Below are positions 1-12,644 of a DNA stretch of 64,000 nt, in pieces. This DNA comes from Lytechinus pictus. Its lineage: Eukaryota. The stretch spans positions 992,001 to 1,056,000 of the forward strand of contig NC_087250.1 in assembly GCF_037042905.1 (NCBI RefSeq), written 5' to 3'. The position numbers were made by a program, and so were the translations under genes. The notes beneath the pieces are model-generated. The model was given only the letters and a program-made list of their open reading frames with translations, ran no database searches and was not told the origin of the DNA. Within the stretch, counting starts at the first letter, position 1; each line of letters begins with the position of its first letter.

Positions 1-553
1 AGTTAAATTCCAAAGAGCCGGTGTTGGGTTCCAACGATCAATCGTCGTTATGTTTCTTTGCAGCTTGAGCATACAAACGTGCCAGCCAATCATGTTCGTG
101 TTACCATATTCTGTTTTTTAACTTCTAATCTTTTTTCTATTTGAGTCAATTCTGTCACAACATTTGGCTGTTTTAGTTGTGTTGTATGGGTCGCCAGATG
201 TTCCCTTCCGTACAGTTCAAACTTTTAAAATTTTGTGACAGTGTTTCAAAACCCACTTTTGTAATTGTTACAAAATAAAATGCTACAGGCAGTTTTGTAA
301 GGAAATTCCTTACACCAGCAAATATATATTAGTCACAAAATAAGTAGATGGTAGTCTATTTTGTTACAAAGTTAACTCCAATTTTTTTTTTCAAATTAAA
401 TTATATTATTGGGGGGGGGGCATATTTGACCTACATGTACCAAGTACATGTACTAATTCTAAATGCACAGGTTGGTTAAAAAATGAAATGGATTTTATGA
501 TAACTGAAAAGTAATTTTTAAAATGACCCTCTTTCATAATTTCAGGAGGAGAC

Positions 554-695
554 ATGACGTCAACAGATAATTCACAGCTTACAGCTTCACACAGGAGGGC
601 GCTTTTTGTTTCTGTGGCAGCTACATGTAGCGAAGCAGGATTCTCAACAGGAGATAAGGATTGCTTAGAAACACTCACTGAAATCATTCAAAGCT
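554..695 (+). CDS. TAF8: TAF8 (TFIID subunit 8) first visible coding exon, start of histone fold
   Basis: AG acceptor at 544-545, ATG at 554, GTAAG donor at 696. Translates MTSTDNSQLTASHRRALFVSVAATCSEAGFSTGDKDCLETLTEIIQS, resembling the TAF8 histone fold (EAGF...ETLTEMLQS). The acceptor implies a further upstream exon. Confidence 0.88.
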
Positions 696-701
696 GTAAG
701 T

Positions 702-838
702 CATAACCCCTAACCCATATACCATAACCCTTATCCCTAACCCTTTTCCTAACCCTTACCCCTAACCCTTCACCCTTACCCTTACCCCTAACCTTAACCC
801 CTAACCCTTAGCCGTTAACCCGTTAACCGTAACCCTAG
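702..838 (+). repeat. Degenerate (TAACCC)n telomere-like tract in TAF8 intron
   Basis: About 20 imperfect CCCTAA/CCCTTA units starting a few nt after the splice donor. Confidence 0.75.
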
Positions 839-1241
839 GTTGTTTTTTGTCTCGCCTGCATAGCAGAGGGAGACTATAGGCGCCGCATTGCCGACAGCGG
901 CGTCGGCGGCATCGTCAACATTGAAATCTAAACCAAGAAAGTGTAGAGGAGATTGTTCCTGTGAGGTTGGGTTTATTACTATTTTTACCAAGGGCTGAAG
1001 GCCTGGGGAAAAATATTAATATTGCCAGTCCAACCTGGTTTTATCCTTCTAATAAGTTTAACGATGGATAAATCTAGGGATAGAAGGAAGAAAAAGAAGG
1101 AGGTAGAATTAAATGGAGGAGGAGTAAATGAATAACAATTGATGAGATGTGGGAGAACAAGGAGAATATCAATGTAATGTCAAATCTTTAGTTTTCATTT
1201 AATTTGTTTAACACCCCAATGTCTTTTTTTTTTTCTTCCAG

Positions 1242-1403
1242 TTATCACAGAATTAGGACAAAGCAGTAGGGCATACTGTGAGCTTGCTTGTCGTTCGTTG
1301 CCTATGGTTACAGATATTGCCATGGCGATGTCTCAGATGGGAGTTGACGGCTCAGATCTCAAGCAATTTGCACGTAGAAAACATAAGATAGTCATTCCTA
1401 AGC
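1242..1403 (+). CDS. TAF8: TAF8 coding exon 2
   Basis: Polypyrimidine tract + CAG, GTAAGT donor at 1404. ITELGQSSRAYCELACRSLPMVTDIAMAMSQMG matches the TAF8 pattern ISEIGRSAKSYCE...MG; phase consistent with exon 1. Confidence 0.9.
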
Positions 1404-2171
1404 GTAAGTCATTTTTAGTCAAGATTTTAAAACTTGATAGAATGTGTTTGCTGCTTGACAGCTAAACTTTGGCAATATGGATTATAAAAGGAATACAGTG
1501 AAACTTGGATAAATAGGTTAGAAGTGTTATATAATGATGGGGGAAGAGAGAGAGAGAAAAAAGGGATGTGTGGTGTGTGTGATAGGGGAAAAGTGAAAAA
1601 CTTGCGGAAGTATTAAAGGCAGATTATTTTGGTACCATACAACTCAAAATGAATTGTGCATTCCGGCGAGGAGGGGAGTGTTTGGAACCTTGACGATCCC
1701 AGAGTGGTAAAAGAAATATAAAAATAGTTGATAAAGTTACTTGGATTTAATACCAGCTACCTCACTGTCTTGTTTAATGTATGTATTATTTGAATGACCC
1801 CAGCCTAGATCAAACAGTGTAATCCCAAATGAAATTCATCTCTAAATATAAAATTAATGTGTGTTCAGAAGATATGTATGTAGAAAGTTGCCTCAAAATC
1901 TTGGAATAATGTGCATGTATATTTTGGGAATCATAAGAAAAAAATCATAAGAAATTGAAGTGTAGTCATATGCACATATACATGATTGAATGGGACTAAG
2001 CACTGCTGATTCATCGAAACATTTCAGCTGTTTTTCATCAAATCTTGAATGTCAGGCCATACGTGAAGCAAAACATGCATTGGATATTTATAATACTCTG
2101 CCTAAATAACAGAACTCACTATTGTTACTATCCTAATACCAAGCTTAATTTCTTTGTGTTTTGTTTTTCAG

Positions 2172-2296
2172 AGGACAGATTGCGACCAACCACTGACCCA
2201 TCTGGTTTACAAGTCGGTCAACGTAACAAACATCCATCCTATATTTATGATCATCTACCAGCCTTTCCTGATGCTCATACATACATACAAACACCA
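2172..2296 (+). CDS. TAF8: TAF8 coding exon 3 (proline-rich region)
   Basis: TTTCAG acceptor, GTAAGT donor at 2297; HPSYIYDHLPAFPDAHTYIQTP is the conserved TAF8 motif. Confidence 0.93.
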
Positions 2297-2921
2297 GTAA
2301 GTCGTAATTGCTCAAGGCAAATCCGTAGAATAAATGGACCGTTTTGTATGTCCAACTAGTCTACTTCCAAACCCATTTTATTCCCATTTTTACCTTTTCA
2401 CAAACTGCTCTGTCTGATAATTTGAGAGCATTTCAACCTTTTCATATGAACTATAAAACAGTCATTTCAAGATGGTCACATATATCAAAGATTTGTTAAC
2501 ATTGAATTGCCCTTTATCTTTCTTCAAGATAGAGATCTTGGTTCTCTTTTCCTATTTTGGGGTTATTTATTTTATTAAATACCTTCTCATGGTATCACTT
2601 TTTGCTGCAACTACTTTTCTTTAGCAGATACTAACTGAGATCTTCCAATGTTTTTTTAATGCGGTGTAATGTCAATCTTTGGATAACCAATTTTATTATG
2701 TATTCTCTTTTAAAATATTGCAAAATTCAATAACATTGTATATCAATATTTCATTTAAATATTTATTACCTGAACACGCGACTCTTGTGACATTGATTTT
2801 TATCATGTGAATACATTGCAACCGTTGCAATTCAGTCTCTGGACCGCAAGGATTGATTCACTAAAATCCTTTAATCAATCAATCAATTTAGCTTTAAGCA
2901 ATTATCTTTTATTTCTACCAG

Positions 2922-3069
2922 ACTTTCAAACCTCAGGATAATGATTACAAGACCGTACGGGAGAAGGCTGCTTCACAAAGACGTGATGTAGAAAGAGCTT
3001 TGACTAGATTCATTGCAAAAACAGGAGATAATCAGACACTATTCCCTGGGGATAGTAATCTCTTCCCAT
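2922..3069 (+). CDS. TAF8: TAF8 coding exon 4 (TAF8_C region)
   Basis: CCAG acceptor, GTAAGT donor at 3070; DYKTVREKAASQRRDVERALTRFIAKTG is near-identical to the recalled vertebrate TAF8 motif. Confidence 0.95.
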
Positions 3070-4670
3070 GTAAGTAGATGGTATGATATTATTAACTGAT
3101 GATAGTAATCTCTTCCCATGTAAGTAGATGGTATGATATTATTAAGTGATGATAGTAATCTCTTCCCATGTAAGTAGATGGTATGATATTATTAAGTGAT
3201 GATAGTAATCTCTTTCCATGTAAGTAGATGGTATAATATTATTAAGTGATGATAGTAATCTCTTCCCATGTAAGTAGATGGTATGATATTATTAAGTGAT
3301 GATAGTAATCTCTTTCCATGTAAGTAGATGGTATGATATTATTAAGTGATGATAGTAATCTCTTTCCATGTAAGTAGATGGTATGATATTATTAACTGAT
3401 GATAGTAATCTCTTCCCATGTAAGTAGATAGTATGATATTATTAACTGATGATAGTAATCTCTTCCCATGTAAGTAGATAGTATGATATTATTAACTGAT
3501 GATAGTAATCTCTTCCCTTGTAAGTAGATGGTATGATATTATTAACTGATGATAGTAATCTCTTCCCATGTAAGTAGATGGTATGATATTATTAACTGAT
3601 GATAGTAATCTCTTCCCATGTAAGTAGATAGTATGATATTATTAACTGATGATAGTAATCTCTTTCCATGTAAGTAGATGGTATGATATTATTAACTGAT
3701 GATAGTAATCTCTTCCCATGTAAGTAGATAGTATGATATTATTAACTGATGATAGTAATCTCTTCCCATGTAAGTAGATGGTATGATATTATTAACTGAT
3801 GATAGTAATCTCTTCCCATGTAAGTAGATGGTATGATATTATTAACTGATGATAGTAATCTCTTCCCATGTAAGTAGATAGTATGATATTATTAACTGAT
3901 GATAGTAATCTCTTTCCATGTAAGTAGATGGTATGATATTATTAACTGATGATAGTAATCTCTTTCCATGTAAGTAGATGGTATGATATTATTAACTGAT
4001 GATAGTAATCTCTTTCCATGTAAGTAGATGGTATGATATTATTAACTGATGATAGTAATCTCTTTCCATGTAAGTAGATGGTATGATATTATTAACTGAT
4101 GATAGTAATCTCTTCCCATGTAAGTAGATGGAATGATATTATTAACTGATGATAGTAATCTCTTCCCATGTAAGTAGATGGAATGATATTATTAACTGAT
4201 GATAGTAATCTCTTCCCATGTAAGTAGATGGTATAATTTTATTAACTGATGATAGTAATCTCTTTCCATGTAAGTAGATGGTATGATATTATTAACTGAT
4301 GATAGTAATCTCTTTCCATGTAAGTAGATGGTATAATATTATTAACTGATGATAGTAATCTCTTTCCATGTAAGTAGATGGTATGATATTATTAACTGAT
4401 GATAGTAATCTCTTTCCATGTAAGTAGATAGTATGATATTATTAACTGATGATAGTAATCTCTTCCCATGTAAGTATATGGTATAATATTATTAACTGAT
4501 GATAGTAATCTCTTTCCATGTAAGTAGATGGTATAATATTATTAACTGATGATAGTAATCTCTTTCCATGTAAGTAGATGGTATGATATTATCAACTGAT
4601 GATAGTAATCTCTTTCCATGTATTAAAGTAGATGGCATGATATTATTAATCGACTATAGTAATCTCTTCC
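3051..4670 (+). repeat. 50-bp minisatellite (~32 copies) spanning the TAF8 exon 4/intron boundary
   Basis: Unit gatagtaatctcttcccatgtaagtagatggtatgatattattaactgat repeated with a 50-nt period, decaying after ~4620. Confidence 0.97.
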
Positions 4671-5320
4671 CTTTCAAATCAATGGCATGACAATATCGAC
4701 TGGGATATACTATTAACTGGTCAATAGTAACCTCTTTCCATATACATAGATGTTTGATATTATTGACTGGTATGTACTATTAACCGGGGATAGTAAACTA
4801 GAAAATACAAAACTCATGATGATATTTTATTGATATTTGTCAAACATTTATTAAACTTGATATAAATACCAAATTTTTCTCAGAGTGAACTTCTCCTTTA
4901 ATGCTGTAGGAAAGTAGTTGCAGCAAGCAATGAATACATGAGAAAGTCTTTAAAATCAAGGTTTATTGTCACCATAGATCTGAGTATTGTTTATTTACAT
5001 AAATCTATATCTGTGAAATCAAGAAATCTATTTCAGCTCAAAACATTCAAACTGAAGATGACCAACACAGATATACACATGTGGGACAGTATAATTCTAT
5101 TCCATAGAAAAGGGAATGCCATGCTTCTTTTGCTAATTTCACAGCAATTCCTCAAATCTTCCATAATCCTTTGGCACATATTCTTTTATTTATACATACA
5201 GATTGGTGGTCATATTATTAGATACAGTACAAACCTCATCTTGAAATTATTTACAACTGGCATGTAAGTCTAATATATTCAAAACAAAATTATATTTTTA
5301 TTTGTTGTTTTTTGCTGCAG

Positions 5321-5604
5321 TGATAGCATGTACCCCTTCACCTGTACCGTACCTAGATGCTCTTATACCTCAGGAACATGATATCTTACAAGAAAGTGAT
5401 GATGAACAAACACAAGAGGGCGACATTAAATCAGCGGACGAGAGCGAGGAGAAGAGGGATTCCCAAGATACGGAAGGGAAGGTGAAAGGAGCGGAAGATG
5501 AGGGCGCTCAGTCGACACCGGCGAAGAGACGACATGATCCTGAGATCATTGATAATCCATTCCTAAGACAACCGAAACGGCCACGGTACAAGAAGAAGAA
5601 GTGA
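5321..5604 (+). CDS. TAF8: TAF8 last coding exon with C-terminal basic NLS
   Basis: TGCAG acceptor; IACTPSPVPYLDALIP...IIDNPFLRQPKRPRYKKKK then TGA. The five exons sum to 861 nt = 286 aa + stop, in frame. Confidence 0.92.
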
Positions 5605-5877
5605 TTGAGATGAACTCTATTCCTGTATAATATTCTGTTGTGCAGTCACATAGTTGACTGAACGACATATAAGTCAACCTGACTCAGAAAATTATTTCAG
5701 CTACTCGTAGTTGTACGATCGATTTTTATCTTTGGTAATCCTTTCCTATGACAACCACAGCTTTTTGGATCAAGAGAAAGTGACATGAGAAGAAGTTAGG
5801 TAATACATTTGAGGATTAGCTGTTCACTTATCGATGTAGCTAGTTCTTCTTCATGGATATACACTATACATTATTGT

Positions 5878-6140
5878 GGGGGGCGTCGTGGTCTAGTGGT
5901 TGTGTCTCTCAATCTGAGGGATGTGGGTTCCAGCCATGGCATGGTTTCCTTCAGCAAGATATTAACCCACTGTGCTGCACTCAACCCAGGTGAGGTGAAT
6001 TGGTACCCAGTAGGAAGACATTCCTCGAATGCTTGAGTGCCTAAATGGGCAGTGCAGCTAAAGCCGGGGTAATAATAGCAGCGCTTTGTATCCTCAGGCA
6101 AAAAGCGTTTTATAAATCTAGCTATTATTATTATTATAAT
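5878..6140 (+). mobile_element. tRNA-derived SINE with (TTA)n tail
   Basis: tRNA-like head with A-box (tggtctagtgg), body shared with copies at 24977-25253 and 27077-27305, (tta)n tail. Confidence 0.8.
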
Positions 6141-6619
6141 GAGGCTGGTTGTCCATGTAAAACACAGGAACTGAAAAACATGGTCATGTGCTAAAGCATT
6201 CTTATATGAATATCAAAAGTATGGGATCTAACGGTATCCATTGGTCCAAACTTTTGCATATACGAAAGAAAAAGTAGAATTTGAAGAAGTTTGTCCTGTT
6301 TTATCTGTTGATTATTGCTGATTGTCGATCTACAAGATCTGGTAATGTTAGGGGATGCTAGGGACTTTGGGATAGTGGATTGATTGTAAGAATGGGCCTT
6401 GCAGATTAAGGTCTGTGTTCCAGCAAGTTCTGGACTTGGGCCTGTTTCATAAAGATCAATGAATGTACTGTTCATGTTAAGTATTTAAAATAAACTGGGA
6501 GTCCCATTAATTCAAAACAATAGGCTGCAACAAGTCATTTCAATGCTGGTGATAAAAGCGCAAATCCATCTTTGGATGCTTTCTTTGTGAATTTGGGCTA
6601 CAAAGAATGTAACCATATT

Positions 6620-7053
6620 GGCCCGAATTCACAAAGGTGGTTTTGAAAACCCACGGTTGAGTCCATGGTTTATGCAGATTTCCTGTATAAATTACGCTTA
6701 ATTTAGCGCGTATCGGGCGCGTGTGTAAAAAATGTCCAATGCTGATGCGCGCTTTTGTCACAGTGCGCCAAATCGATGCCTGTTGCCGTGGATATCCACG
6801 CTATTTTATTCATGAGTCTACTGTTTTCATTAATGAGTCCACTCTTCAAACAGTGGACTCATAAATAAAATAGCATATCTAACCATGGTAACAGGCATCG
6901 ATTTGGCGCACTGTGACAAAAATGCCCATTAGCATTGGACATTTTTACACACGCGCCCGATGCGCGCTAAATTAAGCGTAATTTATACAGGAAATCTGCA
7001 TAAACCATGGACTCAACCGTGGGTTTTCAAAACCACCTTTGTGAATTCGGGCC
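6620..7053. mobile_element. Palindromic MITE with GGCCC termini and 3-bp ATT duplication (PIF/Harbinger-like)
   Basis: Almost wholly self-complementary (ggcccgaattcacaaagg...cctttgtgaattcgggcc); ATT at 6617-6619 and 7054-7056. Confidence 0.85.
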
Positions 7054-7481
7054 ATTGTGTTTAATCATGTGTCATCTGATAATTTGAACACTGATTATCA
7101 AGTAACAAATAAAACTTTGATGTCAATAACAGCAAAGCCTTAAATGATCTGTAGAAATCTGAATCCTGTGGAGAGATTTGAATGCATTAGATACGAGTAT
7201 GTCAGAGTGATAGCCAAGTGTTCCACAAAATGTATTTACATCAGAAACAATTGATTTTATTTTTTTTTCATTCTGCAAGTGATACCTCAATTTCATATTT
7301 AGCTGATAAATTTTAATAGAAGAAGCAGACTAGCAATCATTGGTTAGTTTGCAATTAATAACTTGATTGGTTGGTTGATTGATGGTTGGATGGATGGTTG
7401 GATATGATGGTGGACACTGAAGAAGAGGGAATAGAGAGATGACTGAAGAATAACCAAATACAAGAGGAAGGTGCAAGCAGA

Positions 7482-9636
7482 AAATGAGAGGGGAGGGGAG
7501 TGTATACAATAGAGAATGAGAGGGGAGGGGAGTGTATACAATAGAGAATGAGAGGGGAGGGGAGTGTATACAATAGAGAATGAGAGGGGAGGGGAGTGTA
7601 TACAATAGAGAATGAGAGGGGAGGGGAGTGTATACAATAGAGAATGAGAGGGGAGGGGAGTGTATACAATAGAGAATGAGAGGGAGGGGAGTGTATACAA
7701 TAGAGAATGAGAGGGGAGGGGAGTGTATACAATAGAGAATGAGAGGGGAGGGGAGTGTATACAATAGAGAATGAGAGGGGAGGGGAGTGTATACAATAGA
7801 GAATGAGAGGGGAGGGGAGTGTATACAATAGAGAATGAGAGGGGAGGGGAGTGTATACAATAGAGAATGAGAGGGGAGGGGAGTGTATACAATAGAGAAT
7901 GAGAGGGGAGGGGAGTGTATACAATAGAGAATGAGAGGGGAGGGGAGTGTATACAATAGAGAATGAGAGGGGAGGGGAGTGTATACAATAGAGAATGAGA
8001 GGGAGGGGAGTGTATACAATAGAGAATGAGAGGGGAGGGGAGTGTATACAATAGAGAATGAGAGGGGAGGGGAGTGTATACAATAGAGAATGAGAGGGGA
8101 GGGGAGTGTATACAATAGAGAATGAGAGGGAGGGGAGTGTATACAATAGAGAATGAGAGGGGAGGGGAGTGTATACAATAGAGAATGAGAGGGGAGGGGA
8201 GTGTATACAATAGAGAATGAGAGGGGAGGGGAGTGTATACAATAGAGAATGAGAGGGGAGGGGAGTGTATACAATAGAGAATGAGAGGGGAGGGGAGTGT
8301 ATACAATAGAGAATGAGAGGGGAGGGGAGTGTATACAATAGAGAATGAGAGGGGAGGGGAGTGTATACAATAGAGAATGAGAGGGGAGGGGAGTGTATAC
8401 AATAGAGAATGAGAGGGGAGGGGAGTGTATACAATAGAGAATGAGAGGGGAGGGGAGTGTATACAATAGAGAATGAGAGGGGAGGGGAGTGTATACAATA
8501 GAGAATGAGAGGGGAGGGGAGTGTATACAATAGAGAATGAGAGGGGAGGGGAGTGTATACAATAGAGAATGAGAGGGGAGGGGAGTGTATACAATAGAGA
8601 ATGAGAGGGGAGGGGAGTGTATACAATAGAGAATGAGAGGGGAGGGGAGTGTATACAATAGAGAATGAGAGGGGAGGGGAGTGTATACAATAGAGAATGA
8701 GAGGGGAGGGGAGTGTATACAATAGAGAATGAGAGGGGAGGGGAGTGTATACAATAGAGAATGAGAGGGGAGGGGAGTGTATACAATAGAGAATGAGAGG
8801 GGAGGGGAGTGTATACAATAGAGAATGAGAGGGGAGGGGAGTGTATACAATAGAGAATGAGAGGGGAGGGGAGTGTATACAATAGAGAATGAGAGGGAGG
8901 GGAGTGTATACAATAGAGAATGAGAGGGGAGGGGAGTGTATACAATAGAGAATGAGAGGGGAGGGGAGTGTATACAATAGAGAATGAGAGGGGAGGGGAG
9001 TGTATACAATAGAGAATGAGAGGGGAGGGGAGTGTATACAATAGAGAATGAGAGGGGAGGGGAGTGTATACAATAGAGAATGAGAGGGGAGGGGAGTGTA
9101 TACAATAGAGAATGAGAGGGGAGGGGAGTGTATACAATAGAGAATGAGAGGGGAGGGGAGTGTATACAATAGAGAATGAGAGGGGAGGGGAGTGTATACA
9201 ATAGAGAATGAGAGGGGAGGGGAGTGTATACAATAGAGAATGAGAGGGAGGGGAGTGTATACAATAGAGAATGAGAGGGGAGGGGAGTGTATACAATAGA
9301 GAATGAGAGGGGAGGGGAGTGTATACAATAGAGAATGAGAGGGGAGGGGAGTGTATACAATAGAGAATGAGAGGGAGGGGAGTGTATACAATAGAGAATG
9401 AGAGGGGAGGGGAGTGTATACAATAGAGAATGAGAGGGGAGGGGAGTGTATACAATAGAGAATGAGAGGGGAGGGGAGTGTATACAATAGAGAATGAGAG
9501 GGGAGGGGAGTGTATACAATAGAGAATGAGAGGGGAGGGGAGTGTATACAATAGAGAATGAGAGGGGAGGGGAGTGTATACAATAGAGAATGAGAGGGGA
9601 GGGGAGTGTATACAATAGAGAATGAGAGGGGAGGGG
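7482..9636 (+). repeat. 32-bp G-rich minisatellite, left part (~67 copies)
   Basis: Unit aatgagaggggaggggagtgtatacaatagag, with occasional 31-bp variants. Confidence 0.98.
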
Positions 9637-11106
9637 TGGTTTGCTGAACAAACCTTAAAATTATGAATTTGTCTTTTTCTTTCACATTTTTATTATATGT
9701 ATTTTCAAGGTTTAATTTGTCACTTTGGTGCTACCCTGAAGCTTTCGTAAGTAATGTAATTCTGCTCATGAATATGCATTTCGCAGATGCCACGTTGTTA
9801 GTTTGCAGAGAACAGGGAGAAGGGACGCTTGAAAATGAAATTATCTTATTTTACTTGATGTTGACTGGGAAATGCCGCCCAAGAAGTAAGTTTGATGACA
9901 GAAATGTTATATTTTTTGGAGGTGCTAAAAGCTAGAGATATTTTTCAGTGAATGAGCAGAAAAAGTGCATTAAAAATCGTATGCAGATACTTGAACTGTA
10001 ATGAACACGCAGTATGTGTAATGAACGCCATAGATATGTGTAATGTACAATCAGTGGATGTGAAATGAACGCGATTAGCTATGCACACTTAATTAGGAGG
10101 TTAGTTGTACTTTATGAGAAGAGTGAAGTTGTGAAACTAAATAAAAGCTTTTAATAGATTATTTCAAGAAAAGTAAAGTAGTATGAGTTAAAGGAAAATT
10201 AAGCTTATGAAATGAACAAAGGTGAATTTTAGGAGCTTGATGGGCACGAATCGTGCGTGTATGGGCGTGGTCTTTAAATTGCGTGATTTGTTTACATTTA
10301 ATTATATTCAGTCAGATATATTTGAGTAAACATTTATAAAGCACTTTAAGAATTTGTGCGTTTGTAACCAAAATAATTTTGACTTGTTAAGACAATTTTT
10401 GGTCAGAAGTTTTTCATACGAACGAGGCTTAATTATGTGCAAGGTCATGTCAGGGTCACTCGTTCCGTTTTTCGCACATTCAATTTTAGTGTGCAACCGC
10501 TAGCTAAAGAAAGCTTTCGGTCTATATTTTAGATTTTTCTGATAATGTCAAAATTGGGATAAATAATAATGAAACACCTTGGTAATTTATTTCTTACCGG
10601 ACTTATTTGGATATAAGCTGAAGTTAGCAGACAAGTTTGCTGTCTGTTTACCTTTTAAGGTAATTTTGTTCAGAATATAGAAATTACTAAGTGGGAACGC
10701 AAAGTTGATTTAAAGGTATATATTTAAGCAGTTCACTTTGATTTATTGCAAATATGTATGCATGTATTTAAGTTAGTCTTTTTCAAGACGTTAAAGAAAA
10801 TGGACAAATTTTAAACTGGTTTTTCTATCGAGGAAAACTCGGATATTTGTTTATATATATTCGTTCTATACACCTGATATGAATGATAATTAGATTTATA
10901 TTCCTTATTGTTTAAAAGAGATGACAATTTTGGGAATATTATGAAAACATTTATTTTTGTCAAAGCATTGGACATATATTTATGATCCACTTCGTTTTCT
11001 TATGTTTATACAGATTGAATAATACACGGTAGTGAGCCTGCCTAACTATCCAATTTAAAGCGGCTTTCCTAGCCTCTGTTATTTCGTAGTCTTCGACGAT
11101 CCATCA
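9637..11106 (+). repeat. BEL LTR (1470 bp, TG...CA), forward copy
   Basis: Starts TGGTTTGC exactly where the inverted copy abuts the PPT; ends ...CCATCA immediately before the PBS-like TGGCGCCCAA. Confidence 0.88.
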
Positions 11107-11180
11107 TGGCGCCCAATGTGGGGCACGAACCCACGACCCTGAGATTAAGAGTCTCATGCTCTACCGACTGAGCTAACCGG
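11107..11180 (-). tRNA. Retrocopy of mature tRNA-Lys(CTT), nt 3-76 including CCA; not a normal tRNA gene
   Basis: Minus strand reads CCGGTTAGCTCAGTCGGTAGAGCATGAGACTCTTAATCTCAGGGTCGTGGGTTCGTGCCCCACATTGGGCGCCA: cloverleaf, anticodon CTT, encoded CCA, T at position 58, first 2 nt missing. Confidence 0.95.
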
Positions 11181-12644
11181 ATCGTCGAAGACTACGAAAT
11201 AACAGAGGCTAGGAAAGCCGCTTTAAATTGGATAGTTAGGCAGGCTCACTACCGTGTATTATTCAATCTGTATAAACATAAGAAAACGAAGTGGATCATA
11301 AATATATGTCCAATGCTTTGACAAAAATAAATGTTTTCATAATATTCCCAAAATTGTCATCTCTTTTAAACAATAAGGAATATAAATCTAATTATCATTC
11401 ATATCAGGTGTATAGAACGAATATATATAAACAAATATCCGAGTTTTCCTCGATAGAAAAACCAGTTTAAAATTTGTCCATTTTCTTTAACGTCTTGAAA
11501 AAGACTAACTTAAATACATGCATACATATTTGCAATAAATCAAAGTGAACTGCTTAAATATATACCTTTAAATCAACTTTGCGTTCCCACTTAGTAATTT
11601 CTATATTCTGAACAAAATTACCTTAAAAGGTAAACAGACAGCAAACTTGTCTGCTAACTTCAGCTTATATCCAAATAAGTCCGGTAAGAAATAAATTACC
11701 AAGGTGTTTCATTATTATTTATCCCAATTTTGACATTATCAGAAAAATCTAAAATATAGACCGAAAGCTTTCTTTAGCTAGCGGTTGCACACTAAAATTG
11801 AATGTGCGAAAAACGGAACGAGTGACCCTGACATGACCTTGCACATAATTAAGCCTCGTTCGTATGAAAAACTTCTGACCAAAAATTGTCTTAACAAGTC
11901 AAAATTATTTTGGTTACAAACGCACAAATTCTTAAAGTGCTTTATAAATGTTTACTCAAATATATCTGACTGAATATAATTAAATGTAAACAAATCACGC
12001 AATTTAAAGACCACGCCCATACACGCACGATTCGTGCCCATCAAGCTCCTAAAATTCACCTTTGTTCATTTCATAAGCTTAATTTTCCTTTAACTCATAC
12101 TACTTTACTTTTCTTGAAATAATCTATTAAAAGCTTTTATTTAGTTTCACAACTTCACTCTTCTCATAAAGTACAACTAACCTCCTAATTAAGTGTGCAT
12201 AGCTAATCGCGTTCATTTCACATCCACTGATTGTACATTACACATATCTATGGCGTTCATTACACATACTGCGTGTTCATTACAGTTCAAGTATCTGCAT
12301 ACGATTTTTAATGCACTTTTTCTGCTCATTCACTGAAAAATATCTCTAGCTTTTAGCACCTCCAAAAAATATAACATTTCTGTCATCAAACTTACTTCTT
12401 GGGCGGCATTTCCCAGTCAACATCAAGTAAAATAAGATAATTTCATTTTCAAGCGTCCCTTCTCCCTGTTCTCTGCAAACTAACAACGTGGCATCTGCGA
12501 AATGCATATTCATGAGCAGAATTACATTACTTACGAAAGCTTCAGGGTAGCACCAAAGTGACAAATTAAACCTTGAAAATACATATAATAAAAATGTGAA
12601 AGAAAAAGACAAATTCATAATTTTAAGGTTTGTTCAGCAAACCA
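11179..12644 (-). repeat. BEL LTR, inverted copy (3' LTR of the minus-strand element), lacking the terminal 4 nt
   Basis: Reverse complement of 9637-11102, with no differences seen by eye. Confidence 0.92.

Noticed and set aside
7330-9685. Three 735-776 aa ORFs on the minus strand (and similar ones at 19823-20815)
   Set aside because: Translations of the stop-free strand of the 32-bp minisatellite, open in all three frames; not genes.
11107-11180. Functional tRNA-Lys gene
   Set aside because: Lacks nt 1-2, encodes CCA, has T58, has no downstream oligo-T terminator, and is embedded between LTR copies.
9663-12618. Mirrored 90-aa and 62-aa ORFs
   Set aside because: Chance ORFs within the LTR, duplicated by the inversion; no recognisable motifs.
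9637-12644. DIRS-like or DNA-transposon inverted terminal repeats
   Set aside because: Both arms are at one end of the element, are bounded by PPT and PBS like an ordinary LTR, and the ORF has a DDE integrase, not a tyrosine recombinase or transposase.
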